From IMG/VR virus record IMGVR_UViG_3300020193_000012: 20,000 nucleotides of DNA; one strand, given 5' to 3'. Positions 6,994-14,544 of the stretch are shown here, piece after piece. Made by a program: the position numbers and the translations under genes. The notes under the pieces were generated by a model. It was given only the letters and a program-made list of their open reading frames with translations, made no database searches and was not told the DNA's origin. How positions within the stretch are numbered: position 1 is the first letter of the stretch; each line of letters opens with the position of its first letter. The DNA comes from an uncultured virus (IMG/VR IMGVR_UViG_3300020193_000012) (taxonomy: Duplodnaviria > Heunggongvirae > Uroviricota > Caudoviricetes).

Positions 6994-7760
6994 TATAAAC
7001 CATTAATATTATATTCCCTATTATCTCCTGGATAGTCATCAGGTGTCAAGCCCTCATACTCTGGGATTAATCTGTCTCCATCTGCTCTTGTTCCATAAAT
7101 GTGGAAGAAGCAGTCAATTGGCATTCCCCCATGGGATTGAAGATGGACTTTTTCTTCATCAATTCTTTTTACAATTACATTTTGATGAGATCCAACAGGT
7201 GTTAAATTGACAGTAATTGTCGTCCAATCAACTAATTTTTTCCAGTATGTTGGAAGAATAATCTCTTTCCTATTCGTAACTCTTCCTCTATAATAAACGT
7301 CGTTTGATGGACCTTCTGGGCAGGTATGGCGTAGTCTCCACCCTTCTTTTGTTGGGTGAGGAATATCAAAATTCTTTTTAGCAGAAAGAATGTGTGTATT
7401 GCAGAGAGAACGAACATCTCCACCAGCAATAATATCTCCACCTGCTTGGACTCTAAAATTAACGTCAAGATTTCCCATCACAGCAGCATTATCTGAAACA
7501 CATAATGCGTATGGATTGCTCACTGGCAAACACAATGCTCCAGGAACAAATGGTGGAACAACATCTGGATCACTATTTGCTAGCGGTCCAATCATGACAG
7601 TAGCATATGCAGTTGGAAAATGTGTAGGGGATCCAAAAACTACTGGACCCTCAGCACACATCGATCCATTAATTTTTTTGTCTCCCTCTCCTATAGAGGG
7701 GGCAATTGCCGTACCAACCTTAAGTTGTCCGCCAATATTCATATCTGGAAAATCAGCCAT
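6993..7760 (-). CDS. Tail/baseplate spike-associated protein with KKNFDIxHP...EGP...YxRG C-terminal domain (paralog 1)
   Basis: 255 aa; Gly-periodic beta repeats (VMGNLDVNFRVQAGGDIIAGGDV) followed by the shared C-terminal domain; lies downstream of the gp5 cluster. Confidence 0.7.
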   Translation of the reverse strand: MADFPDMNIGGQLKVGTAIAPSIGEGDKKINGSMCAEGPVVFGSPTHFPTAYATVMIGPLANSDPDVVPPFVPGALCLPVSNPYALCVSDNAAVMGNLDVNFRVQAGGDIIAGGDVRSLCNTHILSAKKNFDIPHPTKEGWRLRHTCPEGPSNDVYYRGRVTNRKEIILPTYWKKLVDWTTITVNLTPVGSHQNVIVKRIDEEKVHLQSHGGMPIDCFFHIYGTRADGDRLIPEYEGLTPDDYPGDNREYNINGL

Positions 7761-7771
7761 TTTTCAGTCCT

Positions 7772-8527
7772 CTATACTTGATTGTTCTTTTCAACATCGC
7801 GTTTTCCTCCATTCTTAGCATCTTTCACTGCACACGAATCATCAACTCCTTTAAAAATAGAACCATACATTTTTAAAATACTGTTCGCAATCACTTCTCC
7901 CGTCCCCGCACTTACTATTTTATAAGTAACCTTGGTATCGACAAGAAATTTCTTAGAATCAACAGTAACATTTTCAGTTGCTGTCATTCTAATATTTCCT
8001 TTGCTTCCACCTTCCCCAGTAGCAATGAGTTCAATATCTTTTGCTTCTAGTCTAATTTTACCATTTGAAGCTACAATAAGTATATTACCATTTTTTGTGT
8101 TTATCATCAAGCTGTCTTGAGCTTCTTTGTTATCAGACCCAGCTTCCATCTGGATATTTCCAGGTGCTGTTATGGTCGTCCAACCTTTTCTTTGCCCATC
8201 TTTATCCATAAAGAAAGAATGTCTTGCATCAGAAGACTGAAGCATGACTGCAGAAGTTACATCACCTTGTTGATGAATACCACCAAGAGTTAGTGATCCA
8301 TGGTCATTTCCATACCTAATAGCAGTATAATTCTGCTTAGCAGTATCTGTAGGAAGTCTTGAGGAAGCAAAGTCAGAAGCAGCAGCAACAATATTTCCTG
8401 CTGAATCAATAACATTTCCAGCAGCATCTAAAACATTACCAGTATTTTCTAATAGTCCAGCAATGTCATCTGTTGAAAGGGCACCCTCTTTTACTCTATC
8501 GTTATTACAATTACTTGATACTGCCAT
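7772..8527 (-). CDS. gp5 C-terminal-like beta-helix spike/needle protein
   Basis: 251 aa with repeated 8-residue-like beta strands (LMINTKNG NILIVASNG KIRLEAKD IELIATG...NIRMTATE NVTVDSKK), characteristic of gp5/VgrG triple beta-helices; baseplate context. Confidence 0.65.
   Translation of the reverse strand: MAVSSNCNNDRVKEGALSTDDIAGLLENTGNVLDAAGNVIDSAGNIVAAASDFASSRLPTDTAKQNYTAIRYGNDHGSLTLGGIHQQGDVTSAVMLQSSDARHSFFMDKDGQRKGWTTITAPGNIQMEAGSDNKEAQDSLMINTKNGNILIVASNGKIRLEAKDIELIATGEGGSKGNIRMTATENVTVDSKKFLVDTKVTYKIVSAGTGEVIANSILKMYGSIFKGVDDSCAVKDAKNGGKRDVEKNNQV
8391..8450 (-). repeat. Three degenerate in-frame 21-nt tandem repeats
   Basis: Encodes ENTGNVL-DAAGNVI-DSAGNIV; DNA units atttcctgctgaatcaataac and atttccagcagcatctaaaac on the + strand. 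Confidence 0.6.
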
Positions 8528-8550
8528 GAGTATGAATTATTTTATATTAC

Positions 8551-8557
8551 TATTTAA
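8551..8557 (-). promoter_or_regulatory. T4-type late promoter (TTAAATA)
   Basis: TAAATAGTAATA in the intergenic gap 24 nt upstream of ATG 8527; the same 12-mer occurs at 15946-15957. Confidence 0.6.
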
Positions 8558-8562
8558 TAAAA

Positions 8563-11500
8563 CTAGATAAGGTTCTCTGGAGTTCCTGGAATATTAAGTC
8601 TTGGATTGTTACTATTAGTGTCAGTACCCTGGCGTAGGATAGCAGAAGGTCTAGTAACAACCTGAGCATCAATACTCTCCTGCAGAGTGTCATATACTTG
8701 CACAAGTTCTCCAGGAGTTTCATAAAATCCAGCATAACGAATTCCATCTTTATAGAACACAGCGCCAAAATATGCTCTACCGTCAACATATCCAGTCTGT
8801 TTTAAACCGACTAAATCTGTAACTTGAATAAGTTTTGCTGTGTCTTCCACGATTGGGTCTCTAACAACTTCAAACTGAGGTCTAAACTTGGCATTAACAC
8901 CAGTATCAGTAACCATTGTTATATCTGGATAAGATGTAAAACCAAGACCAGGATTTAGAACATTTACGGATCTAATTCTACCAAAACTATCACAATCATA
9001 ACTTAAGACCGCTCCGTTACTTGGAGTAATTTGTATTTCATCTACTCCACAATTATGATTTATTCCAGGATTTTCCACAATAACTGACTTTAATCTCAGT
9101 GTAACTGGATATGTGGAAACAGTTGCTGGAGGAACGTTATTTGGGAGTGATGGATTTCCATTTCCTGGGTCGTCAACAATAACCTCAGTAATTACACCCT
9201 TACCGCGTACTATTTTGGGACAAGGGGGAGGAATAAGAATTGCAGATATTCCAATTGGATTTTCTAACCAGGATCTCGATGTTCCAGATGCTTTATTAAC
9301 AGGAACCGTTATTGATGCGGCAAAGACAATAGGGTTGGTTTCAAAAGTGCTCTCATTATTTCCTGGAATATTATAAATTTCCATTTCAATCTGCCTTTTG
9401 CCTTTGGTAGTATTAAAATTAAAAGTTCTTACTCCTTGAAATACTTCTGCTTTACCAATTTCAATACCATCAAGTCTAACAATAACATAATCATCAGCCT
9501 CTGCTTTTAAAGTATATTGTCCATCAACTGGAAAATCGACATTATCCCACCGTAAAGTCCATGTTTTATCCATATTATTAGCACGATAATCTTTATCGTC
9601 AGTAAAAGCAGGAGTTAAAAAGGGTCCTAAAGTACCATTTCTATAAGATGCAAGTGTTGGACCAGTATAAGAAACACCACCTTTCTTAGTACCACTAGAT
9701 AATCCACCACCTGTTGTTTGTGATGTTATTTGTGCGTTCCCAATATTTGAAATCGTGATTTTAATATTTTCATCATCACCATCATCATCACGGATACCTA
9801 ATCTATTACTAGAATTTATGATAGGACCTCTTGTTCCAGCACTTGCGCCGATTATTTCTATTGGACCATACAATTTACCGGCAGTAAATTTACCGGTTCC
9901 TTTTGCACTATCTTCTTGTTTCGTCACATCTCTCTTTAATGAAATTGATTTATCATCAGTTGGTATTAAAACTTCTTTTGCAGCCATACCAAAAAGATAT
10001 GGATTATCGTTAACATCCATAATAAAGGTTATTTCTGCTGATCCATTTCCTGTTACATCCAAATAAAATCCTGATCCGTTTTTAACAAATTTTGCTTTTA
10101 CATCTGATGCGGTCGTAGCAGCAGATGATGTTTGCGAAACAACCCAATCTTTAGTATCAAAAACTTTTTGTTCAATCTTAGTAAAAAGTTGTGTTTTTTC
10201 ATTTTCAATTTCAACTTCTATAGAATGCATTCCTTTAGTTAAAAATATTTTATTTGTCTTAGGATTTTCTGTGGAAAATCCATCAAGTCCAACATTACTA
10301 CCAGCAACTCTTCTAAAAGAAAGTCCCCCACCTCTAGCAACCTCTCGCCCGTCAATAAGAATTCTTCCACCATTATCAACAGTTCCTTTTAAGGCATAAA
10401 ATCCATCATAAGGAATGTCTAATTTCCAAGAGTTTCGATAGATAATTCCACCACCATCAGAGTCTACTTGGGATAGTGGGAGAATTGGAGATATTGCATA
10501 ACGATTCATAAACTGGCTCCAGCGAGTGGGATCAAATCTCACCGGTATCCATTTATTAGCAGATCCAGGAAATCTGGTAGTCCAGATTGGATTGTTTGGA
10601 CATCTACCTTCTTGTTGCACAATCGGTTCTTGTGGAACTGGAGGTAATGGAGCATCAATAACAAGTGCAGTTCCCATTGGATTTTCGTTCCATGATTTTG
10701 GTGAGATAACCTCTTCCACTACACCAGAAGATTCTATATTAATGGCAAGTGCCATTGGATTTGATCCTTTAATTCCGGAAAATGCAAACACTCCACCAGG
10801 AATTTGTTCCAGATCAGCAATTATTTTATACTTCCCTCTAGTAAATGCTCTAGTTTCTAAAGACTTTCCAGTTGATTGACCAGAATTATTAAATCCATTC
10901 TTTTCAATTACAATTTCTCCACCAGAACCCTGAAAAGTAAGAACTACACTATCATCTACCTCTATTTCAATATTGTAATTTCCATCAACGGGAAAATCTA
11001 CATTGTCCCAGACTATTCTGTGCGTACCTGCATATGGATTATCTTTTAGTTCAACAGTTGTATCAAAAGGAGATATTCCATACTCATTTATAAATCCACC
11101 TCTACCATAAACATTACATCTCCACAATTGTCTATCAGCTTTTTGAATATAATCAACGGTATTAAAGACCCTAGATACTTTTTGAGACTCTGTAGAAGAA
11201 GATGTAATATTTGACGATTCATCTAATAGGAATGTCAAATCATAAGTGCTTCTACCACTATTCGCGGTTCTTTTATTTTTAGATTCAAAAGTTCCAGAAC
11301 TTGATGTAATTTGCATATCATTATTATCATTTGCTGATGCAATATAATCAGCAAATATTTTATTTGAAGTTCCTACACCACCCTCTTTATTTTTCTTACC
11401 ATTCTTAACAATACCCTGTTCAACATCACCTCCAGTGGCTATTGCGGTAACTTTATATTTTACATTTGGTTTTACCTTAATAGTTTCATTTCTACTTTCT

Positions 11501-12774
11501 TTACTTTTTTTATTTCCTTTTAGTAAAAAGGAATGAGATCCATCCTCAGAAATAAAAGAAAATTTTAAAGTTTCGGTACGTTTACCCTGACCGAAAACAT
11601 TAAAGTTAACATCAACTAATCCATTAGGTTCTTGAATTATAGCTTTTTCAGTAATTGGAATGTTATATAAGTCAACTCTAATTCTATGAACTCCTTCAGT
11701 AATGGTTTTTTTCAACTTATCTGGTGGATGATCTTTTCTAAATTCGGAAGTTGAAAACAAAAGTTGATTATCAAGATAAATTTTCGCCAGATTATCTGCC
11801 ATACCTCGGAAAGTATATTCACCATCATATGGAAATTCTTTTTCCCATTCCATCGTAAAGGTGATTCCAGCAAAATCAGTTCCCGAAACATCTGAAGGAG
11901 GAACTGGAGAAATGGCATGACGGTTCATAAAACTATCAGCAATATCATCAAAGTTCCACTCTCCTGGAGTATTTTGCCCCCATCCAGGATGCTTTACGTC
12001 ATGCTTAACTCTTGTGGTTCTAGTGAGAGAAGTCACAGATAAAGGAACTTCTGTTCTAGTGGTCCACCATCTTTTGATGGTATTATCGGAAGAATTAACT
12101 CTTGCTCCTCCACGAAGAGTAGTTAAAAACTTTTGGTACTCTTGTATCTCACGACGAATAGGATCTTTTGAAAAATTTGCATAAAGAGTTGGATCCCATA
12201 CACCAATGTCCTGCCCCTCTACTGAGTAGAGTTTTCCGTATCCAGATTCGGTTGGTTCGCAAATTTGATAATCTTCAAAATCATCTTCTTGGTCATAATA
12301 CTCAACAGTTTCTACAACCTCACCAATAACTGAACGAACAACAACACCAGCTCCTATACCGCAATTATCTTTTACTACAGTGACTGGAGCATATTGATAT
12401 CCAAATCCACCAGCAACAAGATCTACTGCAAGAAGAGAACCATCTTGTCCTATGATAGGATTTGCCTTTGCTCCTATCCCACCCCCACCATAAAAATAAA
12501 CTTCAGATGGGCCACAATTAGTTTCTAGTTGAATGCCTGAACAATCATTAGAACTATTTGGTAAAAGATTATCTGGAGTTAATACGTTAACTTCATTAAT
12601 GTTAAGATATTGAATCTCGTCTCTTGTTCTAAAAACAAATTGAGTTCCTGGATATTTTTTAGCATAATCATTTGCTTGACATACGGAAACACCATCAACA
12701 AAACCTCTCTCAGTTGATATGTAACCAACTCTAATATCATTTTTTGATGCAGGTCCAAATATATTAAACGACAT
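8563..12774 (-). CDS. 1403-aa baseplate/virion protein with four PA14-like modules and gp5-associated Gly-rich termini
   Basis: Four W-x3-4-(F/I)P-x-DG-x-Y-x5-(A/V)D(D/N)...G-x-(H/Y/R)-x-I motifs; N-terminal FYGGGGIGAKANPII...GGFGYQYAP; C-terminal NPGLGFTSYPDI...LIQVTDLVG. Confidence 0.8.
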   Translation of the reverse strand: MSFNIFGPASKNDIRVGYISTERGFVDGVSVCQANDYAKKYPGTQFVFRTRDEIQYLNINEVNVLTPDNLLPNSSNDCSGIQLETNCGPSEVYFYGGGGIGAKANPIIGQDGSLLAVDLVAGGFGYQYAPVTVVKDNCGIGAGVVVRSVIGEVVETVEYYDQEDDFEDYQICEPTESGYGKLYSVEGQDIGVWDPTLYANFSKDPIRREIQEYQKFLTTLRGGARVNSSDNTIKRWWTTRTEVPLSVTSLTRTTRVKHDVKHPGWGQNTPGEWNFDDIADSFMNRHAISPVPPSDVSGTDFAGITFTMEWEKEFPYDGEYTFRGMADNLAKIYLDNQLLFSTSEFRKDHPPDKLKKTITEGVHRIRVDLYNIPITEKAIIQEPNGLVDVNFNVFGQGKRTETLKFSFISEDGSHSFLLKGNKKSKESRNETIKVKPNVKYKVTAIATGGDVEQGIVKNGKKNKEGGVGTSNKIFADYIASANDNNDMQITSSSGTFESKNKRTANSGRSTYDLTFLLDESSNITSSSTESQKVSRVFNTVDYIQKADRQLWRCNVYGRGGFINEYGISPFDTTVELKDNPYAGTHRIVWDNVDFPVDGNYNIEIEVDDSVVLTFQGSGGEIVIEKNGFNNSGQSTGKSLETRAFTRGKYKIIADLEQIPGGVFAFSGIKGSNPMALAINIESSGVVEEVISPKSWNENPMGTALVIDAPLPPVPQEPIVQQEGRCPNNPIWTTRFPGSANKWIPVRFDPTRWSQFMNRYAISPILPLSQVDSDGGGIIYRNSWKLDIPYDGFYALKGTVDNGGRILIDGREVARGGGLSFRRVAGSNVGLDGFSTENPKTNKIFLTKGMHSIEVEIENEKTQLFTKIEQKVFDTKDWVVSQTSSAATTASDVKAKFVKNGSGFYLDVTGNGSAEITFIMDVNDNPYLFGMAAKEVLIPTDDKSISLKRDVTKQEDSAKGTGKFTAGKLYGPIEIIGASAGTRGPIINSSNRLGIRDDDGDDENIKITISNIGNAQITSQTTGGGLSSGTKKGGVSYTGPTLASYRNGTLGPFLTPAFTDDKDYRANNMDKTWTLRWDNVDFPVDGQYTLKAEADDYVIVRLDGIEIGKAEVFQGVRTFNFNTTKGKRQIEMEIYNIPGNNESTFETNPIVFAASITVPVNKASGTSRSWLENPIGISAILIPPPCPKIVRGKGVITEVIVDDPGNGNPSLPNNVPPATVSTYPVTLRLKSVIVENPGINHNCGVDEIQITPSNGAVLSYDCDSFGRIRSVNVLNPGLGFTSYPDITMVTDTGVNAKFRPQFEVVRDPIVEDTAKLIQVTDLVGLKQTGYVDGRAYFGAVFYKDGIRYAGFYETPGELVQVYDTLQESIDAQVVTRPSAILRQGTDTNSNNPRLNIPGTPENLI

Positions 12775-12810
12775 GCTTTTTTTATTTTCTACACTTGCTT
12801 GTCATAAGAA

Positions 12811-12818
12811 TATTTATT
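12811..12818 (-). promoter_or_regulatory. T4-type late promoter (AATAAATA)
   Basis: Intergenic, 37 nt upstream of ATG 12774. Confidence 0.65.
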
Positions 12819-12826
12819 ATATGATA

Positions 12827-14314
12827 CTAGAATAATATTAAGTCTTCTGTCGCTTTAGTTGGTTCTACATATGGTACAGTAGACGTAGATGTAATGTTAG
12901 ATTGTTTCTGTGATGCATTATCAATTGAAGCAACGCTTGGTTGTTCAGAATCTGCTGCAGATTCACCACCATTAACAAACGTGTAATAGTCGGAAACTGC
13001 AACGTTTGGAGAAAGTTCACAACCAAAAATATTGGTAGAAAGATTGACAAAAGAAAGTGCCGAAGTAAGACTTCCACTAATATCACCAATTAATGAAGTA
13101 ATATCAGATAAGGAATCGGAAACACCAGCAATCTGATCTTGAATATCTTCTAAGAAAGCATTTATATTATCTAACAATGAGTTGTTGGCATCATCAATTT
13201 CGTCTTTATTATATGAAATAACTTGTCCTACTATATCTTCAGCATAGCAAATAGGAACTTCTGGAGTTGTTTCACAAGAGTTTAATCCTTCAGCATCAAT
13301 TGCTTCAAGTTCTTCTGGTTTAAACAACTCATCCAAAATTCCCTGTATTAAATCACAAAGTCCTTCAGTGATTTTATTATATAAACACAATATCAATTCA
13401 GTTAAAACTTCTTTGATGTCACCAAAAAGATATCTATATGAAGATGGGGTTGCAGATACTGCTTTTGTAAGTTCTTTATTAAGGAGTTTAAGAACGTATT
13501 GCATAATTTTATCAAATATAATTTTCATATATCTGGATATTTGACAAGCAGCATCCGCAATAAGAGACTGCAAATCGGTGATAACATTCGAAACTGCATC
13601 AATATAACTTGTGATTGCATTCAAATACTTATTAATTTTTTGAGTTAGGTTGTCAAGAATAGTTTGTATCGCTTTTGTTGCCGAACCAACAGTATCATCT
13701 GGTTTAAGTAAAGGAATTTTTTCTTTTAACTTTTCCTGTCTTTTTACATCACCAGCTGTTGTTTGGTGAATAGCATCTGGGTTTTCTTTTGTTGGCGTCT
13801 TACCTTCAACTACAACTAAACCCTCATCAGGTGCTGTTTCTTTTGATGTTCCAGTCTTAGGTTCTTTTGTTTCAGAATATCCACTCTGAGGTGTAAAGTT
13901 TTTTCCTTTATTAAATCCAGTTTTTGTTTCAAGTTCTGTTTGAGCGTTGTTTCCCAACACTCCCATGATGACAGGAACTTGTTGTTCTTGACCATCAAGA
14001 AAGAAACCGAATACAAAATTACCTTGTCTTAAGTTTGGTGTTTGTGATGCACCTGCTTGACCACCACCAGCGGTGATGGGGTACATCACTTGTGCCCAGG
14101 GGAGCTCATCAGACTTCAAGGTATCTTCACTTTGATCATGAAGACCGATGATTCTTACTTTATACCTTCTTCCCCATCCAGGAATAGCATTTTTATCTTC
14201 AAATTTTCCAGGAACAATATTATCTCTCCAAGTGGAATCATCAGCAATCTGACCTATCCACCAGTTAAAAGATGCACCTAAAAAACCAGGATTAAATAAA
14301 GTTCCTTCACTCAT
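12827..14314 (-). CDS. gp5: Baseplate hub gp5 N-terminal part (OB-fold plus helical region, no lysozyme domain seen)
   Basis: FNWWIGQI...RYKVRIIGLH...LPWAQVMYP...GNFVFGFFLDGQEQQVPVIMG is the T4 gp5 OB-fold signature. Confidence 0.88.
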   Translation of the reverse strand: MSEGTLFNPGFLGASFNWWIGQIADDSTWRDNIVPGKFEDKNAIPGWGRRYKVRIIGLHDQSEDTLKSDELPWAQVMYPITAGGGQAGASQTPNLRQGNFVFGFFLDGQEQQVPVIMGVLGNNAQTELETKTGFNKGKNFTPQSGYSETKEPKTGTSKETAPDEGLVVVEGKTPTKENPDAIHQTTAGDVKRQEKLKEKIPLLKPDDTVGSATKAIQTILDNLTQKINKYLNAITSYIDAVSNVITDLQSLIADAACQISRYMKIIFDKIMQYVLKLLNKELTKAVSATPSSYRYLFGDIKEVLTELILCLYNKITEGLCDLIQGILDELFKPEELEAIDAEGLNSCETTPEVPICYAEDIVGQVISYNKDEIDDANNSLLDNINAFLEDIQDQIAGVSDSLSDITSLIGDISGSLTSALSFVNLSTNIFGCELSPNVAVSDYYTFVNGGESAADSEQPSVASIDNASQKQSNITSTSTVPYVEPTKATEDLILF

Positions 14315-14526
14315 CAGTCGTCATACATTCTACATTCAAGTGCATCTGGATTATCATTACAATATAACTCCAGACCAGTTGGGTCATGATGATCATTAGG
14401 ATGGGTTTCTACCCATCTTGCAAGAGCGTCCAATTCATCCTCAACATGTCTTCTTGCTTGTGCAGAAACTGTGGGGTCATCTAGTATTTTTTTATCTTGT
14501 TCGATATGCTTTTCTACGCTTTCCAT
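14314..14526 (-). CDS. cp12: CP12 Calvin-cycle regulator (phage auxiliary metabolic gene)
   Basis: 70 aa ending in LELYCNDNPDALECRMYDD, the CP12 C-terminal C-x8-C motif. No N-terminal Cys pair. Confidence 0.93.
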   Translation of the reverse strand: MESVEKHIEQDKKILDDPTVSAQARRHVEDELDALARWVETHPNDHHDPTGLELYCNDNPDALECRMYDD

Positions 14527-14544
14527 ATCAGTGCGTATAATAGT

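Noticed and set aside
5620..7400. Diversity-generating retroelement template/variable repeat pair in the two paralogs
   Set aside because: Both copies are intact coding paralogs with differences at all base types, not only adenines, and no reverse transcriptase is in the window.
12774..12829. Amber read-through or TAG recoding joining gp5 to the 1403-aa gene (three consecutive genes end in TAG)
   Set aside because: The genes are in different frames, a TAA follows 15 codons after the TAG, the long ORFs translate uninterrupted in the standard code, and no suppressor tRNA is present.
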